In this document: piece after piece, positions 19,526 to 27,747 of the stretch | Numbering within the stretch: the first letter of the stretch is position 1 | Layout: the number at the start of each line of letters is the position of its first letter | Assembly: GCA_043824495.1 (NCBI GenBank) | Contig: JBDRSV010000010.1 | Location: forward strand, 41,995-105,994 | Reading direction: 5' to 3' | Length of the DNA: 64,000 nucleotides | Source: Candidatus Aenigmatarchaeota archaeon | GTDB taxonomy: Archaea; Aenigmatarchaeota; Aenigmatarchaeia; QMZP01 | The notes under the pieces: generated by a model | Told to the model about the DNA's origin: nothing | Databases searched by the model: none | What the model saw: the letters and a program-made list of their open reading frames with translations, nothing else | Translations under genes and position numbers: made by a program

Positions 19526-19801
19526 TATTTATAAAGGTTTCGGTTGAGCCTAAAACATATCATAAGACAAAGAATCTCGTCCGCGGCGGCGATCTCCTTT
19601 ATTAGTTATGTGCACAACGACTCTGCGGCTGCTTCGCAGCCTTGCCTCGCATGGCGAAACCATTTCAGAATAGGAGAAATCCATGCTCGGTCTTATAACA
19701 AGCAGCTTGGCGGTTCGCTGCTGCTCTCCCAAATTCGATCTTTGCTATGAAGGCGGTCTCTTAAAACTAAAACATTTATAAACTGGATACAAATTATTGT
19801 T

Positions 19802-19999
19802 ATGAGCGAATTGAAGATGCATGGAAAACACCAAACTCAATGGGTTACTATATCCCTTGATGAATATGAGAGCATGAAGGCTACTCTCGAGATTTTATCT
19901 AGCCCTAAGGCGATGGAGAAAATTAGACGCGGTGAACAGGAAAGACTAGCTGGAAAGGGGCAGAAACTAGAAGATGTGAAGAAAGAACTTGGAATTTAG
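19802..19999 (+). CDS. Phd/RelB-like antitoxin
   Basis: ISLDEYESMKATLEILSSPKAMEKIRRG pattern. Confidence 0.75.
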   Translation: MSELKMHGKHQTQWVTISLDEYESMKATLEILSSPKAMEKIRRGEQERLAGKGQKLEDVKKELGI

Positions 20000-20250
20000 A
20001 AATCATCTTTATGTAATATAGTATCTATTTGAACTAATTTCTCTTTTTCAATGATTACGTAGATGATTCTCCATCGCTTTTCAAATCTTAATTCCCACTT
20101 TCCCACCAGAGGCCATCTTAGTGGCTTACCATAAATATCTGGATATTCCTTTAACTTTTCAATTTTCTTGAAAAATCGTCTTTGCATTTCTGCATCAAAT
20201 TTCTTCAGATCCTTCTTGGCCTCTGGCATTATCTCGATATCATAACTCAT
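19996..20250 (-). CDS. RelE/StbE-family toxin
   Basis: AKKDLKK...GKPLRWPLVGKWELRFEKRWRIIY. Confidence 0.85.
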   Translation of the reverse strand: MSYDIEIMPEAKKDLKKFDAEMQRRFFKKIEKLKEYPDIYGKPLRWPLVGKWELRFEKRWRIIYVIIEKEKLVQIDTILHKDDF

Positions 20251-20334
20251 GAAATATAATTAAATTCTATACTAATAAATCGGCCGCCCTTTAAAAGACC
20301 GGACTTTGCCAACCTGCTGATGTTAAATAACATA

Positions 20335-20889
20335 TTACTCGGCAGACCGCATTTTGAATTCAGAATCTAAAATACTCATTATCAAATCATTGTAAAACTT
20401 CCCATCTATATAGGCGTTGTCTCTGAGAATCCCATCCACCTTGAAGCCGCATTTTTTATAAGCGGCAATTGCTCTTTTATTGAAATCTAAGACAACTAAG
20501 CTGATTTTATGGAGTTTTAATTGTATAAATCCGAATTTTAGAATGCAATTAATTGCATCGGTTCCATATCCCTTTCCGAAATAGTCTTGAAGAATTCCTA
20601 TTGCTAATCTGACATTTTTATCTTGTTTATTGATTTGATGGAGACGACAACTTCCAATATATTTGTTATCTGATTTTTTGATGATAGCAAATGACAATTC
20701 CGATTTCTGAGCAATTGCCTCTTTGAATCTTTCTTTTACTTTATTTAGTGGGGTAGGTTTCCATTTCTTTGAGCCTCCACACATTATAGTGAATTCTTTG
20801 CTTTCTCTTGTCTTTGCAAAATCTTTGAAATCGGATTCATGTAACTGTCTGATATAAACATTATCCCCATTAATTTTTGGAAGTTTCAT
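20335..20889 (-). CDS. RimJ/RimL-type GNAT N-acetyltransferase (cassette 1, reverse orientation)
   Basis: YIGSC, FGKGYGTDA, NKRAIAAYKKCGF and DGILRD motifs. Confidence 0.9.
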   Translation of the reverse strand: MKLPKINGDNVYIRQLHESDFKDFAKTRESKEFTIMCGGSKKWKPTPLNKVKERFKEAIAQKSELSFAIIKKSDNKYIGSCRLHQINKQDKNVRLAIGILQDYFGKGYGTDAINCILKFGFIQLKLHKISLVVLDFNKRAIAAYKKCGFKVDGILRDNAYIDGKFYNDLIMSILDSEFKMRSAE

Positions 20890-20987
20890 GTATTTTAGTG
20901 GATTTTAGAGGTTATATGATTAACGGTCTGCCTCCGTCATACGCTTCGTCGCTTCGCTCCTCGGTCTCAAACCAAGGTTTTCGACTT

Positions 20988-21070
20988 ATTTAACAGAAGT
21001 TTAAAGGTTCCGCTACGCTGCACCCACATTTTTTCTAAAAGAAAAACGTCTTATAACCCTAACGTTAAGT
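20988..21070 (+). other. attC-like site B (83 bp)
   Basis: R'' ATTTAAC, 5 nt, L'' TTTAAAG, internal hairpin TTTTTCT/AGAAAAA, L' CTTATAA, 7 nt, R' GTTAAGT. Confidence 0.75.
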
Positions 21071-21093
21071 GAAATTGCTACGAGCAAATTTAA

Positions 21094-21528
21094 ATGTCTA
21101 TTCTCTTTACATTAATTATGGTTGATTTTATCAGAAAGAAATCCGAAAAGCCCACATTTTCACAGAAAGGGCTTGATGGATATCAATTTCTTTTAGAAAA
21201 CAAGAATGTAGAAGTATATTTCGTGGACGTGAAAATGGGGCATGATAATTACATTATTAGTAAAAAAATTACTCACATCTATTTTGTTATAGAAGGCGAA
21301 GGATTTTTCGATATAAGCGGAACTAAATTTGATGTTAAACTTGGAGATTTCATAGAAGTTCCGCCAAATAAGGAATATTGTTATTCAGGAAAAATGAAAT
21401 TGTTACTTATCATGAACCCGCCGTGGTTTGAAGGAAACGAAGAGATTACTAAGAAAAATCTTCTGTTGAATAGTTTGCCCTCCGCAACTCTCCCTTCGGT
21501 CGTCACGGATCACTTAACAAAAGATTAA
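21094..21528 (+). CDS. Cupin-domain protein (cassette 2)
   Basis: THIYFVIEGEGFF...GDFIEVPPN; the stop codon falls inside the L'' box of attC site C. Confidence 0.8.
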   Translation: MSILFTLIMVDFIRKKSEKPTFSQKGLDGYQFLLENKNVEVYFVDVKMGHDNYIISKKITHIYFVIEGEGFFDISGTKFDVKLGDFIEVPPNKEYCYSGKMKLLLIMNPPWFEGNEEITKKNLLLNSLPSATLPSVVTDHLTKD

Positions 21529-21590
21529 GACACTCACTACGTTCGTCCTAATTTCCTAAAGGAAACTAGTCTTAACCTCGAATGTTATAA
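21512..21590 (+). other. attC-like site C (79 bp)
   Basis: R'' ACTTAAC, 5 nt, L'' ATTAAGAC, hairpin CTAATTTCCT/AGGAAACTAG, L' GTCTTAAC, 7 nt, R' GTTATAA. Confidence 0.85.
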
Positions 21591-21637
21591 GAAATCGTTG
21601 GTTAAAGGAGATCGCCGCCATTTGGCTTCGCCAAAGA
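21584..21637 (+). repeat. Direct repeat copy 2 (54 bp)
   Basis: Matches 17735-17798 and begins exactly at the GTT of the attC-C R' box. Confidence 0.95.
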
Positions 21638-21675
21638 GGTTTAATATAAATATGAATTAAAACAAAGTTTAATTT

Positions 21676-22983
21676 ATGAGTTGGAAATACAAAGTGCTTC
21701 AGCATAAGAATTTACTCTCCGTTCTTATGATAGTAGCGGTTGTTGTGATCAGTGGATGTACAACTCAACTCGAACCTACACCAACACCAGAACCAATTCC
21801 TACTCCAGAACCGGCACCTGAACCAGAAATTATAAATCAAAAACAAGTTACTTTAGCAAATGGAGTTATTGAAGCAAATAGCCTATTTGCATCAGATATT
21901 TATGATAAATACAAATCAGAAGATGGAAATCTATTTTTCTCACCTTATAGTATTTCATCTGCACTGTCAATGACTTATGAGGGAGCAAAAGGACAAACAG
22001 CAGAAGAAATACAGGCGGTCTTACATTTGCCTGATGATAAAAACAAAATACGTACTGATTTTAAGAGTATTAACAATGAACTTAATAAAGCAGACAAAAC
22101 CTATAAACTAACTACCGCAAATGCTTTATGGGCTGAAGAAGACTATGTTTTTGTTGATGAATATTTTAATGTTGTTGATGAATATTATGATGGAGAGGTA
22201 AATAATCTTGATTTTAAAACAGAAACAGAAAATTCTCGTGTTGCAATTAATGACTGGGTTGAGGATAAAACTAATGATAAGATAAAAGACCTTATTCCAG
22301 CAGGAACGCTTAATAGTGCTACAAGATTAGTTCTAATAAATGCCATCTACTTTAAAGCTAATTGGTCAAGTCAATTTGATGCAAGAGATACTTGGGACGG
22401 AAAATTTAAATTGAGCTCCGATCAAAGTGTTGATGCTAGAATGATGTATCAAACTAGCAATTATAGCTATGGTGAAACAGATAACCTTCAAATATTGGAA
22501 ATGGGTTATCTTGGAAATGATCTTTCGATGTTAATAATTCTCCCAAAAGAAAATAATATAACTCAAATAGAAAATAATTTTAGTATAGAAAAACTTGAAG
22601 ACTGGAAGAATGATATGCAAACCGAAAAAGTAAGAGTTGCATTACCAAAATTTAAGTTTGAAACAAAATATTTTTTAACTGAATATTTAAAAGAAATGGG
22701 AATGCCTTCTGCTTTCAAATATCCTGATGCTGATTTTACTGGAATGAGTCCTACTGATGAATTATTTATTAGTCAGGTGATACACCAAACTTTTATAGAA
22801 GTTGCTGAATATGGGACTGAGGCAGCTGCTGCAACATCAGTATTTGTGGGAGCTGGAAGCGCTGGTCCAACAGAAGAACCCAAGTATTTCACAGCAGACC
22901 ATCCATTTATATTTATAATCCAGCAGAAGGATTCCGGGAATATTTTATTCATGGGAAGAATGAGTGATCCAACTCAAGAATAA
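21676..22983 (+). CDS. Secreted/lipoprotein-like serpin
   Basis: VVVISGC lipobox-like sequence; PTPEP linker; FFSPYSI, NAIYFKANW; hinge EYGTEAAAAT; FTADHPFIFII. Confidence 0.95.
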   Translation: MSWKYKVLQHKNLLSVLMIVAVVVISGCTTQLEPTPTPEPIPTPEPAPEPEIINQKQVTLANGVIEANSLFASDIYDKYKSEDGNLFFSPYSISSALSMTYEGAKGQTAEEIQAVLHLPDDKNKIRTDFKSINNELNKADKTYKLTTANALWAEEDYVFVDEYFNVVDEYYDGEVNNLDFKTETENSRVAINDWVEDKTNDKIKDLIPAGTLNSATRLVLINAIYFKANWSSQFDARDTWDGKFKLSSDQSVDARMMYQTSNYSYGETDNLQILEMGYLGNDLSMLIILPKENNITQIENNFSIEKLEDWKNDMQTEKVRVALPKFKFETKYFLTEYLKEMGMPSAFKYPDADFTGMSPTDELFISQVIHQTFIEVAEYGTEAAAATSVFVGAGSAGPTEEPKYFTADHPFIFIIQQKDSGNILFMGRMSDPTQE

Positions 22984-23078
22984 AATTCCCACTTCAAAAT
23001 ATTATTTTCTTTTTATAAAAAAAGAAATAAGAGAGACTAAGATAAACCCTAAAAAACAAAAATAGTTAGAAAGAATGT

Positions 23079-23396
23079 ATGAACAAAAAAGTCACAGAGT
23101 ATATAGACAAACAAAAATCTCCACAGAAGGAAATATGCAAGAAAGTGAGAAAGATAATTCTTAAGACACTTCCTGGAGTTAAAGAGGAAATGAAGTGGGG
23201 AGTTCCTGTATATGCTAGTGGTAAATATTATATTGGCTCACTTAAGGATCATGTTAATATCGGGGTTGCAATCAAAGGATTATCTAAAGAAGAGATATCT
23301 CTTTTTGAGGGGAATGGAAAAACAATGAGATACATTAAGATTTTTTCTTTGAAAGAATTGAATGAGAAGAAGATTGTGAATCTCTTGAATCTTTAA
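23079..23396 (+). CDS. DUF1801 (YdhG-like) protein
   Basis: VTEYI...VRKIILKTLPGVKEEMKWGVPVY...KTMRYIK. Confidence 0.8.
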   Translation: MNKKVTEYIDKQKSPQKEICKKVRKIILKTLPGVKEEMKWGVPVYASGKYYIGSLKDHVNIGVAIKGLSKEEISLFEGNGKTMRYIKIFSLKELNEKKIVNLLNL

Positions 23397-23409
23397 TTGT
23401 TATAATAAA

Positions 23410-23958
23410 TCAATCCTTGCTCTGTCCGTGTGTTTCTCTCATTCTTAGTAATATGTTTTTTTCTAGTTTTCTTATTTTCTGAAAGTTCTGAAGAACAATA
23501 GCATGATGACCTCGGACATCACCAAGATTTATATCGCCTGTCCCACTGAAGTGTTGTGTTATTGACTGTTGAGCTCCTGGAACACCGATTTCAAGATTTC
23601 CATAACCAAACATTCTTTGTAAAACACTTTGTCTTATATTAACATCTGTGATACTCTTGTAATTAATTCTTGTTGTATTTTTCGAAAAAATTCCTTTGTT
23701 GAAAATTATATTATATTCTTCTAATTTTATTTTTGTTGATCTCATTCCAACTTCAAGAATAGTTAAACCAAGTAAACCGATAATTATTCCTATTGGGTAT
23801 AGAATAGGCAAAAATTCAGAAATGAATGGGACTGGATAATTCGTGATGATAAGAGCTATAGTTCCAAAGAGAATTATTAGAAATAATATGTATTTTGCAA
23901 TGTAGCCAATTCTAGATACATGGTAAGAGGTTGATTCTGTTTCTTTAGATTTCCCCAT
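23410..23958 (-). CDS. Membrane protein with bacterial PH (bPH_2) domain
   Basis: Two TM helices, then KGIFSK...INYKSITDVNIRQSVLQRMFGYGNLEI. Confidence 0.8.
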   Translation of the reverse strand: MGKSKETESTSYHVSRIGYIAKYILFLIILFGTIALIITNYPVPFISEFLPILYPIGIIIGLLGLTILEVGMRSTKIKLEEYNIIFNKGIFSKNTTRINYKSITDVNIRQSVLQRMFGYGNLEIGVPGAQQSITQHFSGTGDINLGDVRGHHAIVLQNFQKIRKLEKNILLRMRETHGQSKD

Positions 23959-24066
23959 ACAATTTAATTATATTTTATCCGTTAAATAGTCTTTTACATT
24001 AACCAGCTTGACTGATTTAACTTCTTAGAGTGAAACTAATTAAACGTTTGATAGCAAATCTAAATT

Positions 24067-24459
24067 ATGGGAAGAATTTTGATTGTAGATACGATAATCG
24101 AGAAAGATGGTAAAATATTGATGCTTAGGAGAAATTTTGAACCTGGTAAAGGTAAGTTAGATTTATTGGGAGGATTTGTAGAAAGTAATGAAACTATCGA
24201 AAAAGCAGCTGTACGAGAAGCAAAAGAGGAATCTGGTTTTGATGTGGAGTTAATCGAAAAGCTAGCAGAACTTAATTATTTTGAAAGAGATGAAAAAACA
24301 ACTCATGCGTTTATAGGAAAAATTATAGGCGGTAAATTAAGAGCGTCGGAAGAAGGCGAACCTTTATGGATAAGTTTTGATGATTTGAAAGCAGAAGACA
24401 TTGCATTTCCTATGATAGGGAAATTGCTTGATATCTATAAGAAATATAGAGAAGCGTGA
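24067..24459 (+). CDS. Nudix hydrolase
   Basis: Nudix box GGFVESNETIEKAAVREAKEESG. Confidence 0.92.
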   Translation: MGRILIVDTIIEKDGKILMLRRNFEPGKGKLDLLGGFVESNETIEKAAVREAKEESGFDVELIEKLAELNYFERDEKTTHAFIGKIIGGKLRASEEGEPLWISFDDLKAEDIAFPMIGKLLDIYKKYREA

Positions 24460-24485
24460 AACTTTTTAAGACTTCTTGATGAATT

Positions 24486-25544
24486 ATGTGTATGGAAATT
24501 AGAGATATCAAGATCATTGGAGCAGGTCCAGGCGGTCTGATAACTGGACTTAAATTACTAGAAGCTGGGTTCGAACCAACAATAATAGAGAAGCAAGAAG
24601 GAATACACACCACTTTGTGTGGTGAAGGTTTGTCAGCTGATACTTTATCTCGTGTACCTTTCAGGGATTGGTCTGAATATGCACCACAAAAATTCGATAA
24701 AGCTACATTCTTATTCCCAGGTGGATACAGTGCTTACGTCAATAAAGAGTGCTATACAATGGATAGAGTTTCTTGGTTCAGTGCAATGGCAAAGGAATTT
24801 GAAAAAAGAGGTGGCACACTAGAACTTGGAAGAAAAATAGACAATGTGAAAGACCTAGAGTATGATCTACTTATAGGAGCAGACGGTCCTCTATCAGTTG
24901 TTGCTAGACATGTAGGAAATAAAATGCAACACATTCCTGGTGTTCAGTGTAGAATAAAACATGATTATGAATTTGATGGAATGGAATTCCATTTAGACAA
25001 AAGATACTCAGAAGAATACGCATGGATTTTTGCTAAAGGTGATGTTTTCAATGTTGGTGTTCTTGGAAGCATGAAGCAGCTCGATGCTTTCATGAAAGAT
25101 AAGGGATTGGATGACGGGGAACTTGTGGATAGACTAGGTTACAATGTTCCTTTCTTTGGAACAAAAATCCAAGAAGGAAATATAATTCTTACAGGAGATG
25201 CTGCGGGCATAACAAATCCATTAACAAAAGGTGGCATGGCTGCTATTGTAAATGTTGCTGATATTATTGTAAAATGTCTGAAAGAAGAAAAAATAAATGA
25301 GTATCAGCAACGAGTTTTCTCACATCCTGTTATGGCTCCTGAATATAAACTAGCTTTGAAATACTTCATGGAACTAGATAACAAAAAATTGGAAATGGCA
25401 GGAAAAATGATAAATGGAAAGGATCTAGGAAATTTAGATAAAAGAACAAGATTGAAACTAGGCCTCGCCGCTGCAATAATTGCGCCACATAAGCTAAAAG
25501 TTCTAATGAAAGCAACTAGATACGCACACGAATATTCTTGGTAA
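24486..25544 (+). CDS. Geranylgeranyl reductase family flavoprotein
   Basis: IIGAGPGG, CGEG, LIGADG, YAWIFAK and GDAAG motifs. Confidence 0.88.
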   Translation: MCMEIRDIKIIGAGPGGLITGLKLLEAGFEPTIIEKQEGIHTTLCGEGLSADTLSRVPFRDWSEYAPQKFDKATFLFPGGYSAYVNKECYTMDRVSWFSAMAKEFEKRGGTLELGRKIDNVKDLEYDLLIGADGPLSVVARHVGNKMQHIPGVQCRIKHDYEFDGMEFHLDKRYSEEYAWIFAKGDVFNVGVLGSMKQLDAFMKDKGLDDGELVDRLGYNVPFFGTKIQEGNIILTGDAAGITNPLTKGGMAAIVNVADIIVKCLKEEKINEYQQRVFSHPVMAPEYKLALKYFMELDNKKLEMAGKMINGKDLGNLDKRTRLKLGLAAAIIAPHKLKVLMKATRYAHEYSW

Positions 25545-25589
25545 TTTGCAATATATAAGCGGGTTAAAACAATATTTAACTAGATAATC

Positions 25590-26012
25590 ATGTATGAGCT
25601 AAAAAGAGTTGGCGTAGTATCTGTGGGTAAAATATTTGCTTTTATAGGTTTAATTTTGGGTATAATTAACGCCGTACTAATAGGTATAATATTAGTGGCT
25701 GCGGGAGAAGCTCTCGGTAGTCTTAGTGCATTATCATTGTTAACTGGAGGATCTGATCCAATATCATTATTCTTAGCAATGGGAATGGGAGCTGTTATAG
25801 TAGTGCCTATACTGTACGCTATCTCAGGTTTTATTGGAGGGGTAATAGTAGCATTTTTTTACAATCTTGCTGCCGGTAAAATCGGCGGAATAGAAATGGA
25901 TTTACAAAACGCAGGATCTAATGTACAAAGAGTTCAAAGAGAAGAAAAGTACCAACAGCCTCCACCTCCAGATAGATATCCACAAGATAAGTACCCAAGA
26001 AGATATTACTGA
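25590..26012 (+). CDS. Membrane protein (DUF3566-like)
   Basis: ELKRVGVVSVGK start, two TM helices, FYNLAAGKIGGIEM. Confidence 0.65.
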   Translation: MYELKRVGVVSVGKIFAFIGLILGIINAVLIGIILVAAGEALGSLSALSLLTGGSDPISLFLAMGMGAVIVVPILYAISGFIGGVIVAFFYNLAAGKIGGIEMDLQNAGSNVQRVQREEKYQQPPPPDRYPQDKYPRRYY

Positions 26013-27747
26013 TATTCATCTAGAAGTTCTCTTTCATCTGGTGTTAATTTACTTTCTATTTTCTTTAGTTTTTCTACATCTTCGTGAGAAAGGAAAACAT
26101 TGAGAACATCGCCTTCTATTATTTCTTTACCTATTGTAACTCCTTGCATAGAAACAGCTACTTTGTCTCCCATTTTTACTTTAGAGATATTATCTCCTCT
26201 AAGTTGAAGTTCTTTTATTTCGCCTACAATATCATTTCCTTTTTTGAGTCTATAGGCTGATTTTAGAGTTCCTTTCAAAACTTCAACACCGAAAATAGCG
26301 GGCTTGCTTGCCCTGAAAACATAACCAGGTAGAACTCTTACTCTTCCAGGCCTTGTTATACTTTCTAATATTCTAGCTTCTTTTCTGGCTCTTTCATCCT
26401 TTTTCCACTTTTCATAATCTTCTACGAGCCTGTAAATGACATCGGAATGGAATACAGATATATTGTTGTCTTGGGCCATTTTCAAAATATTAGAATCAAT
26501 TTTGATATTGAAACCAAAAATAACAGGATCTTTCAAAACTCTCATTTCCATTATATCAGATTTTGTGATGTTTCCTACAACAGCTTTTCTTATAGGGACA
26601 TTTTTATCTTTCAGTGTTTTAATCAAAGCCTCTAATCCTCCGAGTGTATCAGTTTTCAGAAGAGTTCCTTCATTCTGTGTTTCAATTTCAACCTCTTCGA
26701 CTTCTGCCCTTAGTTCTTCAATAGCTTGGTCTATATCGGATTCGTTTGCAACAGCCCTCAAAGGTGAACCAGGTATAACGTCTTCTAAATCAGAAGCGGC
26801 TATTTTTATTCCAGCAGCAGCAGATACGGTATCGACATTAACAAAATTACTATTTTTTAATTCTTTCAAAATCTCAGGTTCTAATAAAGCCTTGACTTTG
26901 GTTTTTATTATTTTGTTTCCACCAATAATTATACAGTCTCCTCTTTTGATATCTCCGTCATATAGGATAACATCTATTGTTGTTCCCAAACCACGAAAAT
27001 TTTTTACTTCAAGAACAGTTCCTTTACCTTCTCCATTAGTTAAGATAAGTCCTCTTTTTAGAAATTTCTGGGAAATACCACTTAGTGTCATAAGCAGTTC
27101 AGGAAGTCCTTCTCCGGTGTGAGCGCAAATTGGAACAACAGCTATTTGTTTTGAGAAATCTGATATCCTGTCTATTCTCTCAGCTTCAAATCCCCTAACA
27201 CCCAACTGTCCAATTATTTTATATATTTTTTCTTCTAGAGCATCTTGAACTCTTTCTGATTGACAATTGTAAGTAACAGTAAATGGCTTATCTTTTTGTG
27301 GCATCCAACCAGCAATTCTATCAAGTTTTGTGATGGCTACCATGAAAGGAGTTTTGAATTGTTTTAAGTAATTCAGACTCTCTTCAGTTTGTGGTTGAAA
27401 TCCTTCCATCACATCAATAACAAGAATGGCCAAATCAGCAATAGCTCCGCCTCTTTTTCTAAGAGTTGTAAAAGCTTCATGTCCTGGTGTGTCAACAAAC
27501 AATAAGCCAGGAATGGTTAACTTAATGTTCATCTTCTCCAACAAATTACCAGCAATTTTTTTAATTAGTTCTGTAGGAACTTTAGTTGCTCCTATTGTTT
27601 GTGTGATGGCTCCTGCCTCCCCTTTTACTACAGAGGTTCCCCTAATTTTATCCAGTAAACTGGTTTTACCGTGATCTACGTTTTCGGTTGAGATAATACT
27701 CAATGTCCGACTACGACCACGATAGGTGATCTGAGTTTTTCAATCAT
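26006..27747 (-). CDS. infB: Translation initiation factor aIF5B/IF2, two exons (27747-27705 and 27681-26006), 572 aa after splicing
   Basis: Exon 1 MIEKLRSPIVVVVG plus exon 2 gives the canonical GHVDHGKT; also GGITQ-like GAITQTIG, DTPGHE, TKLD and KTDTLGGLEAL. The spliced length of 1719 nt equals 573 codons. Confidence 0.92.
27682..27704 (-). other. 23-nt bulge-helix-bulge (BHB) micro-intron in infB
   Basis: AUUGAGUAUUAUCUCAACCGAAA. Central helix UCGG/CCGA, 3-nt bulges AC|A and AA|A, intron stem UUGAG/CUCAA, exon-exon stem CGUGGUC/GAUCACG. Confidence 0.85.

Larger units (their letters stand above)
19693..20328 (+). other. attC-like site A whose arms enclose a TA pair (636 bp)
   Basis: Left arm TTATAAC-aagca-GCTTGGC...GGTCTCTTAAA; right arm TTTAAAAGACC...GCCAACC-tgctgat-GTTAAAT; 5-nt and 7-nt spacers as in sites B and C. 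Confidence 0.55.

Noticed and set aside
19799-20246. TA module as its own cassette (GTTATGA 19799 / TCATAAC 20240 are complementary)
   Set aside because: The L boxes that this reading requires do not pair, and both 7-mers overlap start-codon regions. It is kept only as a less likely alternative to the long attC.
23002-23071. Degenerate att site before the DUF1801 gene (AT hairpin, CCCTAAAA...GTTAGAA)
   Set aside because: There is no R''/L'' partner and no complementary TTCTAAC after the gene; AT-rich chance similarity cannot be excluded.
23981-24050. GTTAAAT...ATTTAAC pair in an intergenic region
   Set aside because: The boxes are only ~28 nt apart and lack L boxes or a stem; this is probably divergent promoter DNA.
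26006-27703. ORF-track infB start (MSIISTENVDHGKT)
   Set aside because: It starts on a TTG inside the intron and replaces the conserved GH with EN. The upstream ATG 27747 exon gives the canonical N-terminus.
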